A stretch of 64,000 nucleotides of DNA from a virus: positions 29,880 to 93,879 of IMG/VR virus record IMGVR_UViG_3300028388_005362; one strand, given 5' to 3'. The notes under the pieces are model-generated. The model did no database searches. It was not told the DNA's origin and saw only the letters and a list, made by a program, of their open reading frames with translations. Of this stretch, positions 21,038-31,134 are shown in pieces. Every line of letters begins with the position of its first letter. The stretch's first letter is position 1. A program made the position numbers and the translations under genes.

Positions 21038-21233
21038 AACCTTTGAATCTTACCTGTCGACTTTGGCACCGGGGACAGGAGATGGCTCCTGTTTTTGGGT
21101 CCTCTACGGTACGGGTTTTGTCGTACATAATTAAACTGCTTGACTGTGGGGGTCGGGGGTGATCAAATACGTGACTGCAATGCAGACACTTTAATTTGAC
21201 CAGATGGTCGTGTATCTGTTTCTCCGGGCTCAT
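21024..21233 (-). CDS. Small zinc-ribbon protein
   Basis: CLHC...CPRC. Confidence 0.55.
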   Translation of the reverse strand: MSPEKQIHDHLVKLKCLHCSHVFDHPRPPQSSSLIMYDKTRTVEDPKTGAISCPRCQSRQVRFKGYDKD

Positions 21234-21333
21234 ATCCACAATGTGCGCAGAATCCCTTGGCTGCAGGGACAATCAAATTATCCTTGCCGCACTTGGGGCA
21301 TTCTGGTAATGGGTCTTTAATCTTCTTGTTCAT
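21163..21333 (-). CDS. Small zinc-ribbon protein (56 aa, not in ORF track)
   Basis: Hand-translated MNKKIKDPLPECPKCGKDNLIVPAAKGFCAHCGYEP...; start overlaps the end of the nuclease gene. Confidence 0.55.
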   Translation of the reverse strand: MNKKIKDPLPECPKCGKDNLIVPAAKGFCAHCGYEPGETDTRPSGQIKVSALQSRI

Positions 21334-22366
21334 CGGCTGCTACCTCCATAGGTTCTAATACAAACTCCCCACCATTCTCCAGCTCTTCGCGGGAGAATAT
21401 CCAATTCTGATCCTTAGAGTGGGAGAGAATACGACGGATGAGGTCCATGTATTCTTCTCTACCCATTTCCAAGTACTTCCTGTGTACTTTGAACCTACGT
21501 ACCAGGTTGTAGCCCGTGGTCTCAACAACGACCATATAATGGTCTGCGGGTTTGAAACCTTTAAAGCCAGCTTCTTCCAGGCGGTACATCACTGCACGCT
21601 CGTAGAATGCCATCTGGCGGTAGTATCGATAATATTCGAATGAATTTTGAAAACGTTGGACGCTCTTTGACGTGGTTTTAAGGTCTCTGATGGAGAAGGT
21701 CTTGTTCTCCATGTCGAGTAGAAGTCCGTCGAGCTTACTTTTACACTCAACAATTTGTCCGTCCACATCCAGTTTCCAGAATATCTCTTTCTCCAGAAAC
21801 AGTTGTTGCTTGGATGTTTGTGGTTCAGCAAACATCTCTTTAACAGAAGGACGTTGAGTGAGGTTCAGTTTGATTCTGGTGATATTGGACATGGTCTTTG
21901 CATCCACGATGTCCTTGCCTTCGTTGACAAGCATGAAGTTCCAATATGCTTGCCCACTCTTTTGTATATCCTTGATGATACGATCGTCCTTGTAGTTCCC
22001 CTTGCCGTATTTTAATTCGTTGGCTGCTTTGAGAACAAAGACCTTGTTATCTTCAATGGATGTATTTCCCCCGGCTTCTCCAAAGCTGAGGGATTCTGTG
22101 CTTCCTGCCTCTTTTCTGTACTGTAAGGCTTTGTCGATGATGTTCTTGACCGTGTCACTGGGCACTTTGTCCAGCATGACCGGTTCAATATTCTCCAATA
22201 TCAACTTATGGACCAAATCGCCCAAGGTGAGTGCCTTGGTATCGTCTCCTTTAAAGGTGCCCATGACATAGTCGTGGTACTTTTCAGGAGAGCCGCCTTC
22301 ATCCGGGTTGATGTAGGAGAGTGAGCTATTGTTGATAGCTTTTGACTCCTCATAGGTAGTGTTCAT
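21317..22366 (-). CDS. PD-(D/E)xK exonuclease (RecE/ExoVIII-like)
   Basis: LGDLVH, KSKLD, DLKTT and YYRQMAFY motifs. Confidence 0.8.
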   Translation of the reverse strand: MNTTYEESKAINNSSLSYINPDEGGSPEKYHDYVMGTFKGDDTKALTLGDLVHKLILENIEPVMLDKVPSDTVKNIIDKALQYRKEAGSTESLSFGEAGGNTSIEDNKVFVLKAANELKYGKGNYKDDRIIKDIQKSGQAYWNFMLVNEGKDIVDAKTMSNITRIKLNLTQRPSVKEMFAEPQTSKQQLFLEKEIFWKLDVDGQIVECKSKLDGLLLDMENKTFSIRDLKTTSKSVQRFQNSFEYYRYYRQMAFYERAVMYRLEEAGFKGFKPADHYMVVVETTGYNLVRRFKVHRKYLEMGREEYMDLIRRILSHSKDQNWIFSREELENGGEFVLEPMEVAADEQED

Positions 22367-22405
22367 AACTTTATTTTCTTTCTTGATTGCTTGATTAAAG
22401 AATCA

Positions 22406-22431
22406 CAAATTTAAACAGAATTATATTCTGT
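22406..22431 (-). promoter_or_regulatory. Bacteroidota -7 element TAAATTTG (22413-22406) with adjacent perfect palindrome ACAGAAT-TAT-ATTCTGT (22415-22431)
   Basis: Matches TAnnTTTG consensus upstream of the nuclease gene; box is one of ~10 copies. Confidence 0.7.
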
Positions 22432-22435
22432 GAAA

Positions 22436-22502
22436 GGGTAGGAAGGAGAATACTCATAAATGAGTATTTTTCACAAAATTTGTGTTAATCTCCTTCCTAT
22501 CC
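22436..22502 (-). terminator. Branched hairpin after rIIB
   Basis: GGTAGGAAGGAGA/TCTCCTTCCTATC outer stem enclosing two small hairpins. Confidence 0.5.
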
Positions 22503-22518
22503 TTGGACAAGCAAAATA

Positions 22519-23928
22519 TTATGCTTTTATTTCGAAGTCGGGTCCCGTTTCATTGGGATTGTCCATTGACAGATCCACCAAGCGGCCTTTGAGCAGCTCA
22601 ATGACCTCATCCAGTTCGACGTCTTCAATATCACGAGAAGCCATCTCATGACGCTTGACGCGCAACTCCTGCAAACGCTCACTTACTTTGGAGCGTTCGT
22701 AGTCCAGAAAGTCCACTTCGAAATACTTAGTATCTACCTCACGAATTTTCCCGTCCTCGTCCAGTTCACACACCGCATAAGGGTAGTATCTGCTGGTACG
22801 CATCTTCTCAAAATTGTAGTCGTAAGGAACTGCGGCAACGTCAGCCGGATTGACCAGGCATGCCAGGACAAAACGGTCTTCCTGATGCCCCCCAAACATT
22901 TTCACATACCCGGGTGCACCTACGTGCAGACCGGAAGAACATGTGTTGTTCGGGTTGGTATCGCAATCTTCCATTGGCATTTCCACTGGGGTCCCCAGCT
23001 TGATGGTCATGCGGCGGCTGTGAATGTCGGTGAAGACATCTTCGCCATCGGTGGAGACCTTGAACTTTTGGATGAGTTCTTCGTACAGCTGTTCGAGGTT
23101 GCCCAGGTGATGCCACAACTCTGTTTCGTTCACCAGAGCTTCGACCTCAGGATTGGTCAGACGCTGGTATCCCAAACTCTCAGCCAAGGCTAAGCCGGCC
23201 TCAAATGTATAATCCGGGTTGTTGTACTTGAAGCGTTCGTATGCCTGGTTACGGTCGAAGTCGTCCTGCAGATACTCCACAACATGGTCCCACTCACGCT
23301 CATCTCTCCAGAACTCCACATTTCTTTCCACGATCTCTGCCCACTCCTTGGGAGTGTATAGCATGAATCCATCATCTTCGTCTTCTCCCTGTCGGAACAC
23401 CTCGTAATCCTGAGGCTTGCGTCCGTTGGAGATATGATAGAGGAATTTGCCGGAAATAAAAGCTGCATAGTTCTTGAAGGATTGTCCTTTCCACAGAACA
23501 GATTTGTAGGCGATAAAGTAGCCGTGGTCTGTGATTGGGAACTGGAAGCGGTCTGCAAATGAGAACAAATCATCCTTGACGTGCTCATTCTCATTAGTCA
23601 TTAGCAGACGCCAGAAGTTGATCAGTGGGTCAACTCCCAGCTCATCCTCTTCTCTTTCCTTGATGCGGTCGACCATCAGCTGAGGTAAGGCACGACGGAT
23701 ACCATCGAGGAAGTACTTACCCTTGCGGTTCTTTTTGAGTACACCTTCGGTGGTCATGAAATCATCTGAGAAAAATTCAGCAAGCATGCTGGGCCAGTCG
23801 ATCAGTTTTTTGGCGTCCTCAACCATTTGCCTGGCGTGTTCCTCTTCTTCGAAGGGAACCTGATACTGTTTTCCATTAACATACGCAGTTACAGTACTAC
23901 CACTGCGCATTACAATAGGTTTTGCCAT
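22519..23928 (-). CDS. rIIB: rIIB-like protein
   Basis: ITDHGYFIAYKSV, CDTNPNNTCSSGLHVG, VNPADVAAVPYDY..KMR motifs. Confidence 0.85.
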   Translation of the reverse strand: MAKPIVMRSGSTVTAYVNGKQYQVPFEEEEHARQMVEDAKKLIDWPSMLAEFFSDDFMTTEGVLKKNRKGKYFLDGIRRALPQLMVDRIKEREEDELGVDPLINFWRLLMTNENEHVKDDLFSFADRFQFPITDHGYFIAYKSVLWKGQSFKNYAAFISGKFLYHISNGRKPQDYEVFRQGEDEDDGFMLYTPKEWAEIVERNVEFWRDEREWDHVVEYLQDDFDRNQAYERFKYNNPDYTFEAGLALAESLGYQRLTNPEVEALVNETELWHHLGNLEQLYEELIQKFKVSTDGEDVFTDIHSRRMTIKLGTPVEMPMEDCDTNPNNTCSSGLHVGAPGYVKMFGGHQEDRFVLACLVNPADVAAVPYDYNFEKMRTSRYYPYAVCELDEDGKIREVDTKYFEVDFLDYERSKVSERLQELRVKRHEMASRDIEDVELDEVIELLKGRLVDLSMDNPNETGPDFEIKA

Positions 23929-26293
23929 ATAGCGATTTGAAATTTAAAAGGGATTTTAGATATGAGTTGAAATATTTTTCGGGATTTGAGTCATCCACCA
24001 TCAGCCTGGTGATGAGTGAGCGGGAAGTCTCCCTAACTCCTGTAATCCAGAGATTGTCTTGCAGGAACCGGTATATCAACCGATGCACAGAGAACATGTC
24101 GTAGTTGACTCCGTCCACAGTATGAATAATATCAGCATGCAGACTGGCGTAAGGCCCCCAATTACGGAAAGGTATATACGGAAGATCCTTCTTTACCCGG
24201 TGCTCTTTATAAAAGGACCTGTATACTCCATAGAGTTTTTCCAGACGGCTGTCTTTGACAAGGTGCCTGATAGCCTCATACTGCTTGTTGAAGTCAGGAA
24301 AAGCAACAATGAAATAACTGCGGGCAATATCCTTGGCAAATACCTTCATTGCCTGGTTCGGGGACAAGAATCTTGGGTTGTCCCTGAAATACTTCAGATT
24401 AGCCTGACTCACCCGGGCAAAAGCCACCCTTTTAGAGAATCTATTGTACCCTGTAAAGCTCATGCCTTCAAACTTTTTAAGCGATTTAAGCGAAAGCGCC
24501 AGGTTCTCTAAACGATTGGTATCATCCATGGTACCTACAACAAAGAGTAATTTTTCGGAAGCCTCAAAGATGTCAGCTACTTTGTGGTTGTCCGTATACC
24601 AATAGAAATCATAACAGGTACTTGGTTGAAGCAATCGGAAAGTGATTTTTTCGTTTCCTCTTTTTCTTTCCCGCTCTTCCTTGAGGTCTGATTCGTACTG
24701 CTTGATCCACTCGTCAGGAACTTGGTGCTCTTCATAGCTGTCCACATTGTGTAGCAAGTAATTGCTTATGTACTCTCGGTAGAATATCACGGCTTTGTCC
24801 TGGGTTTCCTGGGGAATTTTCATGGCTTCGCCAGCAGCTATTTTAGCGAACACATTTTGGTTGTAGTTCCTTGGGCGGATCAAGTAGATATTGTTTCCGT
24901 ACTTCTCATTCAGGTACAATGCTTTACGCTTTGACACTTTTTCTTCTTGGACGCGCAGGCACACAGTATCCTTGTCCCAATAGCGGTTTTTATATTGAGA
25001 GGAAAAACCCCACAAATAAGCACCTACCTGGAATTCGTGTTTGGGCTCCCGCCCATCAGCTTCGTCTTTTTTGTAACTTTCGCTCTCTGATGCCACCTTT
25101 AGCACTTTCCCACGGGCCAGTTTTCTTTTGACCTCGTACTCAAAGAATGGGTTTAAAGGAATATCAAATTTCATTTGATTCTCCTTTTCAAAGGCTTCAA
25201 AGGGAGTGAAGACTACATGGTTCTTTATTTTGAAAGGTACCCAAAGGTTGACATCCTCTGTAAGAGGGATGTAGTCTAAAGACCTTCCTTGTAGATACTC
25301 TTTCAAATCGTCGAACCGCAGTTTATTTCTGGTTATCTCAAAGAGTTCCAGCAGCATATCGACAATTTTATTGACTATCTTCTCGGCAACATCGTCCTTG
25401 TACTCAAGAGATTCTCGGGACATGGTCACCGGCAGCTGCCCTACCTCAAAGCGAAGGGCAACAGGAGTATAAAGTACTTTGTCAACATTGGTTATCTTGG
25501 CAAATCGCTCAGAGATCCTCTTGGTGAGAAGTTCTTTGATATGGGATTCGCTGATGGGATACCGGACACGCCCCAGGGCAATCTCCAATTTTTCTGGGGT
25601 ATTGCTTGGGTTGTAAAGGAATGTTTTTCCTTTGATTATCTGGAAGTCATTGTCGGCTGTTATGAATCCTTGGTAATACAGCTCTTCGAAGTAGCGAAGC
25701 TGGTTTTTGATGGCTATCTTGAACAGATCTTCGTCCTTAACGGACTTCAACGATATGCTCACCTGGGTTCCATTGCCTTTTTCGGTTTCATAGGAGTCCA
25801 TCAGTTTGATGGAAGGGGCTTTCTCGCCCCGGTGTACCGTGTAGATGTACTCTGTACCGGCAAATCGGGTGCGCACATTGAATGCGTCCACGTATGCCAG
25901 AGGTGACTTGGCGCCAATACCAAAACCACCGATCTGTCCGTTGGTCTCTCTTTTGGTGGAAGAAAAGTACTTGGCGTAAATCTTGGCGACCCTTTCACGA
26001 GACATACCCACACCGAAGTCTTCCACTACAAAACGAGCCGGAAGGTCAGAGGATGGGTCCGAGGGAAATAACGAGACGAGTACGGGCTTATCGACCTTGG
26101 CTTCTATATGTGAGTCGACGCCATTAGAGACGATTTCCCGCACGATTGACCCTATCTTATCCGAATAGGTGGAATCGGAGAAAACCTTGAAGAAAATGCC
26201 CAAAGATTCGCTGTCAAGGGCAAATTCCTGCTCTGCTATATTCTCACCACCGATAACTTCGGTAGTGGTATCTTGAACTTGATCAATTATCAT
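23897..26293 (-). CDS. rIIA: rIIA-like protein (GHKL/Hsp90-type ATPase N-terminus)
   Basis: REIVSNGVDSH, DFGVGMS, STKR..NGQIGGFGIGAKSP; adjacent to rIIB. Confidence 0.88.
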   Translation of the reverse strand: MIIDQVQDTTTEVIGGENIAEQEFALDSESLGIFFKVFSDSTYSDKIGSIVREIVSNGVDSHIEAKVDKPVLVSLFPSDPSSDLPARFVVEDFGVGMSRERVAKIYAKYFSSTKRETNGQIGGFGIGAKSPLAYVDAFNVRTRFAGTEYIYTVHRGEKAPSIKLMDSYETEKGNGTQVSISLKSVKDEDLFKIAIKNQLRYFEELYYQGFITADNDFQIIKGKTFLYNPSNTPEKLEIALGRVRYPISESHIKELLTKRISERFAKITNVDKVLYTPVALRFEVGQLPVTMSRESLEYKDDVAEKIVNKIVDMLLELFEITRNKLRFDDLKEYLQGRSLDYIPLTEDVNLWVPFKIKNHVVFTPFEAFEKENQMKFDIPLNPFFEYEVKRKLARGKVLKVASESESYKKDEADGREPKHEFQVGAYLWGFSSQYKNRYWDKDTVCLRVQEEKVSKRKALYLNEKYGNNIYLIRPRNYNQNVFAKIAAGEAMKIPQETQDKAVIFYREYISNYLLHNVDSYEEHQVPDEWIKQYESDLKEERERKRGNEKITFRLLQPSTCYDFYWYTDNHKVADIFEASEKLLFVVGTMDDTNRLENLALSLKSLKKFEGMSFTGYNRFSKRVAFARVSQANLKYFRDNPRFLSPNQAMKVFAKDIARSYFIVAFPDFNKQYEAIRHLVKDSRLEKLYGVYRSFYKEHRVKKDLPYIPFRNWGPYASLHADIIHTVDGVNYDMFSVHRLIYRFLQDNLWITGVRETSRSLITRLMVDDSNPEKYFNSYLKSLLNFKSLYGKTYCNAQW

Positions 26294-26303
26294 GAGATGG
26301 ATT

Positions 26304-26951
26304 TTAAAATTCGATCTTCTCGACTGCTGGTTCTTCGCCTATCGGGGTGTGCTGATAAGGACTCAGTCGGATGATCAGACGTCTTTGAACGTCTTCTGGG
26401 ATGAAACAATATTCCCCGCCACCGGCCTTTCGGACCAAGTCGCAGGTGTCATTAGGTATAACGCCAACGTCTACCAGGGAATCCAAGATAACCTTGTTGT
26501 ATATCCAGGAGTTGTTGTCCACATCAAAGAGTTGTTTGGGTTCAGGCAAGTAAAAGCTCAGCTCCATCTGGATAGGAAACCAGTGTTGAGGGATTTTCTT
26601 GATTGGAGCATCTTTGAGCGCCTTGCGTATTTCCTCACGGAAATACTCTTTGATGGCATTGACCATTTGGTAGCGTTGTATAGGCACATTGCCGCCGCTG
26701 TAGAAATCCTGACCGTTTATTTTCTTGAGTCTGGGGGTTCCTACGGTCTTGGGATTGGCAATGACCTTTTCTCCCGTGAGCTTGCTGATTAGAATACCTT
26801 CCTTGTTGAATCCGTATAGCTTACGATTCTGATACTTCTTGGGAAGGTTTTTCTTTTCAACCCATTCACGGGTGTAGTATCGGGCACGTCTGCTTTTTGC
26901 CAGCTGGACGTGTGTGATATAATTGGGGATTTGAATGATTAATTCTGACAT
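26304..26951 (-). CDS. RusA-like Holliday junction resolvase
   Basis: FDVDN...KVILDSL..GVIPND acidic motifs. Confidence 0.7.
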   Translation of the reverse strand: MSELIIQIPNYITHVQLAKSRRARYYTREWVEKKNLPKKYQNRKLYGFNKEGILISKLTGEKVIANPKTVGTPRLKKINGQDFYSGGNVPIQRYQMVNAIKEYFREEIRKALKDAPIKKIPQHWFPIQMELSFYLPEPKQLFDVDNNSWIYNKVILDSLVDVGVIPNDTCDLVRKAGGGEYCFIPEDVQRRLIIRLSPYQHTPIGEEPAVEKIEF

Positions 26952-27959
26952 TTAAACGTTGTGTTTCTTACGGGCTTGCTCGATTATCTTTTGTGCTCTT
27001 TCAATCGAGTGATTGGTAACGAACTCAGCCGGATCTTTAGCTTGAAAGTTAGCTGAGCCGAAGCGCCCGTTGGTAAGAAATATGGGGTGTATGCCGTATA
27101 GACGTTTTATCTGGTTTGCCATACATACCCCGGCATAATCGAAATCATACAGGGAGTAAATATGGGTGAACCTTCCGTTGAGTTCCTCGATGAGTTCCTT
27201 GGGAGGCAATACGCTCTCAGCTTGCATCGCACAACTATACAGTCCAAGTCTTCTTATTACGATGACATCCTTCATACTCTTGGTCAAAATCAACAAGTCA
27301 GCCGAATCAGGTAGCTGGTTGTAACCTTGCACGCGAGTGGTGTTGGATATAAATCGCGTCTTTTGCCCGTCCCGCGAACGGTAGGGGAAGTAGACCTTGA
27401 ACTCTCCCTGGGCAAAGCGGTAAGCATAAGCCGGGTCGGAAGGGGAGAAGTTGTAGATGATATTGTCGCCGAGCCACAGGGTTTGCACCAGGTGGGTATC
27501 GAAATACTGCAGATTGTGGTAAGTAATACCCATGCCGCCCCAGAAGTCTTTGTCTACCTTATGGGGCTCACGGGTTGAAATGGTAAGTTTTGTTTCCTCC
27601 TTGATTGCCTGTTCTATTTTGTCTATATCTTTTGGTTTGAGGCTTTTGAAATCAGGTGCGGAAATCAAATCGAAATCTCCAGCCACTTTTCTGAGTGCTT
27701 GGTCGTAGTTGAGACCGAAGACGTGCTGAACGATGTCGAACACGTCTCCAAAAAAGTGACCGGAGAAATCTTTGAAATACAATCTGCCGTTACGAGCGTA
27801 TTTGAACCCACAGGTAGGATGGTTGTCCCTTCTCAGCGGTGAGCGTACTTTTTGGGAGAATTGTACCGGGATACCCAGGTAGTGCTCCATCATTTGCTCT
27901 TGACTGATATGTCGAAGGATAAACTCCCGGTCTACCGGGTTGGTAAGCTCGTAGAGCAT
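26952..27959 (-). CDS. DNA primase (TOPRIM)
   Basis: SPLRRDNHPTC, FKDF, LTKSMKDV and YDFDYAG. Confidence 0.82.
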   Translation of the reverse strand: MLYELTNPVDREFILRHISQEQMMEHYLGIPVQFSQKVRSPLRRDNHPTCGFKYARNGRLYFKDFSGHFFGDVFDIVQHVFGLNYDQALRKVAGDFDLISAPDFKSLKPKDIDKIEQAIKEETKLTISTREPHKVDKDFWGGMGITYHNLQYFDTHLVQTLWLGDNIIYNFSPSDPAYAYRFAQGEFKVYFPYRSRDGQKTRFISNTTRVQGYNQLPDSADLLILTKSMKDVIVIRRLGLYSCAMQAESVLPPKELIEELNGRFTHIYSLYDFDYAGVCMANQIKRLYGIHPIFLTNGRFGSANFQAKDPAEFVTNHSIERAQKIIEQARKKHNV

Positions 27960-27962
27960 GGT

Positions 27963-28652
27963 TTAGAAGCTCAGTTCTTCGGTAGTACTGGCGTCCATGG
28001 TTGCACTATCAGCAGCTTCTTCAGCCGTCTCGTTCTTCGGAGCCTCAGCGGCATCGAAGTTCATGGGAGTGCTGGCTGCAGGAGAACCATCACCATCAGG
28101 CTTTGGCTTCTTGACCACGCGGTCATATTTAGGATCAAGTACTAAACGTGTAGGAACACCCTCTTTCATCAATTCAACAAACGGGCTGATAGCACGCTTG
28201 GGGAAGGTGGTGTAGTCCTTATTGTTGAGGATGAGCTTGATGCGAAGAGGAATACCTTGGTAATGATTTCCAGCCAGGGCAATGTATTGCTCTGCCAACA
28301 CTTTGAAGTTGGGAGCTTTCAATACCAACTGCTCAGCTGGGATGAAAGGCTCCAAAATATGCTTCAGACGTTCTCCCATGGCATTCATCTCACTCTTGAT
28401 GAACTCTTTTGGATCTTTCTGGAATACAGTCTTGGCGAGCTTTTCCCACTGCTTGAAATCCGGTGAAAACTCCTTGTGTACAAAAGTAGAACCTGCAGGG
28501 TCAGTAAAGGTGATGGCGATAACCATCTTGTCTGAGCCTTGTTTCATGGGTTCGTACTTGATTGAGGTAATTTGCACATTCTCGTTGATACCAGCGTTCA
28601 TGAATTTACCAGCGCCGGTGGACTCGTCAAAACCGAAATGATTTTCTGACAT
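27963..28652 (-). CDS. Putative single-stranded DNA-binding protein
   Basis: Between AAA ATPase and primase; acidic tail ending EELSF. Confidence 0.6.
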   Translation of the reverse strand: MSENHFGFDESTGAGKFMNAGINENVQITSIKYEPMKQGSDKMVIAITFTDPAGSTFVHKEFSPDFKQWEKLAKTVFQKDPKEFIKSEMNAMGERLKHILEPFIPAEQLVLKAPNFKVLAEQYIALAGNHYQGIPLRIKLILNNKDYTTFPKRAISPFVELMKEGVPTRLVLDPKYDRVVKKPKPDGDGSPAASTPMNFDAAEAPKNETAEEAADSATMDASTTEELSF

Positions 28653-28680
28653 AATAACTTATTTAAGTAGGGATTAGAAA

Positions 28681-28723
28681 CAAATTTACGAATTATTACT
28701 CTTTATACAGTATATAATTATGC
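28681..28723 (-). promoter_or_regulatory. -7 element TAAATTTG (28688-28681) with box ACAGTAT-ATA-ATTATGC (28707-28723) 18 nt upstream
   Basis: Same geometry as the promoters at 48907 and 63297. Confidence 0.65.
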
Positions 28724-28737
28724 TTAAAGCACAAAAA

Positions 28738-29409
28738 TTAATCTATATAGATCTTCTTCCAGTCAAAGGGAATGACCTTGCCTGCCAGGTGAGCACTACG
28801 GGAGCCGCATTCTACTCCACCCTGACTGTTAAAGCTGACCATTAGCTTGTCTTCTTCGCTTCGATGAACGAATCCGATAGCGTCCATATCAGCCATGACA
28901 ATGTTCTTGAGCTTGCCGGTTAAATCCAGCGAGCTTTCTGAAAACTCGACACTGTCGCTTCCTAAAACGGTCTTCTTCAGGTGTCCCACAATAATGACTC
29001 GGCTTCCCAGGGTCTTGAACAGGTCGACCACTTGCATCACCTGTGTGCGGACAATCCCGTACCCAGCACCGTATTCGATCTCACCGATGTGGGCAACTCC
29101 TTTTTCAGCCGCTACTTTGGCTTCAATCCAGTCGGCGATCTTATCGATGGGGTCAAGGGCGATATAATCGTATTTGTGTTCGCTCTCCTTGATAGCACGG
29201 CCTACACTCATCAGCTCGGCAAGGGAATTGGCGCTTACTTTCAAAGCATCCAGCTTGCGGGTACCCTTCTCCAGGTCAATGATCAGACAGTTGGGAAGTT
29301 TAGCAAGCATTGAGGTTTTACCGACCTTGGGCGGTCCAAAAATCAGTAAAGGGTCGGGAGACAAACTCTCGGCTTTTACCTTTTTGGTAGGTAATTGAAT
29401 TGTTGACAT
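28738..29409 (-). CDS. AAA ATPase (Sak4/AAA_24-like)
   Basis: Walker A GPPKVGKT, IIDLEKG, IALD. Confidence 0.8.
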   Translation of the reverse strand: MSTIQLPTKKVKAESLSPDPLLIFGPPKVGKTSMLAKLPNCLIIDLEKGTRKLDALKVSANSLAELMSVGRAIKESEHKYDYIALDPIDKIADWIEAKVAAEKGVAHIGEIEYGAGYGIVRTQVMQVVDLFKTLGSRVIIVGHLKKTVLGSDSVEFSESSLDLTGKLKNIVMADMDAIGFVHRSEEDKLMVSFNSQGGVECGSRSAHLAGKVIPFDWKKIYID

Positions 29410-29410
29410 A

Positions 29411-30394
29411 TTATTCAGCTGTAAAGTCAATAAAATCGGGTTCTACATACTCGATGATGCGACCGTTGGCAAAGTCCTCGGTCAGAGGCAGCCACTTGTT
29501 GGGCTCTCCGAATCGGTTCTTCACACTGTGCAGTGCAATGAGCCTGTCGGTATCCAGTGCACTCTCAGGGTCGCTTCCATACTGGGAGATGTGCAGCATC
29601 TCCGGGCGATGGATGACAATGACGTGGTCCATGGCATGAAATACCTGCTTGGAACCAAAGATGTCTCCCATCTTGGGGAATTGTTTACCGAATTCTCTGC
29701 GCTTGGGATCTTCGATGGTATCCTTGAGCTGGCCCACCAAAAAATTGATGTTGTTCAGCTTCTGACGCACACGTATGTACATCTTAGCCAGGTTAGCCAT
29801 CATTTCCACCTCTGATTCTGAGCCTGCGCGTTCGGTCAGCAGTCCGTGGTCAAGGGAGGTAATCAACATGTGGTCAGGAAATTTCTCCTGTATGTCGTAT
29901 ATGGTCTCCTCGACCTGGTTAACAGTTCCGGTGGTGTTTATCCACAGGGTGTCATCCCTGTCGGAGAAAGCCTCCAACATCTTCTTGATATACTCAAGCT
30001 GGTTGGGAGTTATCTTCTCGCCCACACCCAGTAGTTGAGAATATTTCAGCCCAGTTGCAGCAATGATGTCCCGGAGTCCTTCTTCGGTCATATCCATTTC
30101 AAAGGTGAAATGCACATTGATTCTCTTTTTGGGGAACTTTCCGTTAAGGGCATCGTTGGCAAAATCCTGGTGCAGCATACGCAAGAAAAAACTCTTACCA
30201 CTACCTGAGAGTCCACTCAACAGCACATTTCGACTCTGATGAAACCCACCCACCAACGTACCGTTGAGCTTGGGGTATCTTGTCTGCAGGTAATTGGGGT
30301 GCGGACTCATTCCTTTCAGCACTCTCTCCAGGGTAGCCTTGGCTACATCGGAATTGCGGTGAAAAGGAAGGTTGTAGTTAAAGTCGTCCATCAT
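29411..30394 (-). CDS. DnaB-like replicative helicase
   Basis: GLSGSGKS, FTFEM, LDH, GQL, VKNRFG. Confidence 0.82.
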   Translation of the reverse strand: MMDDFNYNLPFHRNSDVAKATLERVLKGMSPHPNYLQTRYPKLNGTLVGGFHQSRNVLLSGLSGSGKSFFLRMLHQDFANDALNGKFPKKRINVHFTFEMDMTEEGLRDIIAATGLKYSQLLGVGEKITPNQLEYIKKMLEAFSDRDDTLWINTTGTVNQVEETIYDIQEKFPDHMLITSLDHGLLTERAGSESEVEMMANLAKMYIRVRQKLNNINFLVGQLKDTIEDPKRREFGKQFPKMGDIFGSKQVFHAMDHVIVIHRPEMLHISQYGSDPESALDTDRLIALHSVKNRFGEPNKWLPLTEDFANGRIIEYVEPDFIDFTAE

Positions 30395-30938
30395 CTTTCT
30401 TTCGGGTATTGGATATACGGTCAGCTTCTTCCAGCAAAGGCTTCCAGACCTCACCCTTCAACCACCGGTCGATACGTGATTTGACCTCATCGAGGTTTTT
30501 GCCATGTTGGAGTGCCCGCATGATGTCCCTGTGACGGGACAGACTGCCGTGTACTTCGTTATTATAATATTCGATGAATTCTTCCTTGTCCAGTTGCTTG
30601 AGGTATACCCTCTGTCCGTTAATCCAGGTGGACGGCGGGTACGCATCCCAGAACTCGTAACCGGGTGAGGGGTCAGAGTCCAGACGGAGTTCCTTGCGTA
30701 TCTTATCAGACACACTGTAATAACTCACGTCGGTCTCCTTAGGGTCCTTGGGCGGTATGACCAGCCCTCGGTCAATCAACTCACCAATCTCGCTGTGCAG
30801 GAATTTTCGGTTCTTTTCCTGATAGATCGTCAGCGGTGCCCAGTTCTCCTCAGCGATCAGACGCATGAAGAAATACTGGTTGGGAGAGATTTTGTGCTTA
30901 ACCAAGAAATCGGTGTATTCCTTGACGTTCTGAATCAT
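30378..30938 (-). CDS. Hypothetical replication-module protein
   Basis: EFWDAYP motif; coupled to DnaB. Confidence 0.55.
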   Translation of the reverse strand: MIQNVKEYTDFLVKHKISPNQYFFMRLIAEENWAPLTIYQEKNRKFLHSEIGELIDRGLVIPPKDPKETDVSYYSVSDKIRKELRLDSDPSPGYEFWDAYPPSTWINGQRVYLKQLDKEEFIEYYNNEVHGSLSRHRDIMRALQHGKNLDEVKSRIDRWLKGEVWKPLLEEADRISNTRKKDDGRL

Positions 30939-31134
30939 AGTATCTATGTTTCTGTATTTCGTACATCTCATCGTAGTATATGCCTTCGACGGCATCTACT
31001 ATCTCCTTTAGGGAATACAAGTTCCCATACGCCAGGTAGAGTTCCCTTTGAATGTCTTTGGAATCATCCGAAAGTGAAATAGGGTTGCTCTTCCTGTGGG
31101 TCAAGGCTGAGATTTGCGTTCTGATTAAACTCAT
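30898..31134 (-). CDS. Small hypothetical protein
   Basis: 78-aa ORF bridging the helicase and the next gene. Confidence 0.35.
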   Translation of the reverse strand: MSLIRTQISALTHRKSNPISLSDDSKDIQRELYLAYGNLYSLKEIVDAVEGIYYDEMYEIQKHRYYDSERQGIHRFLG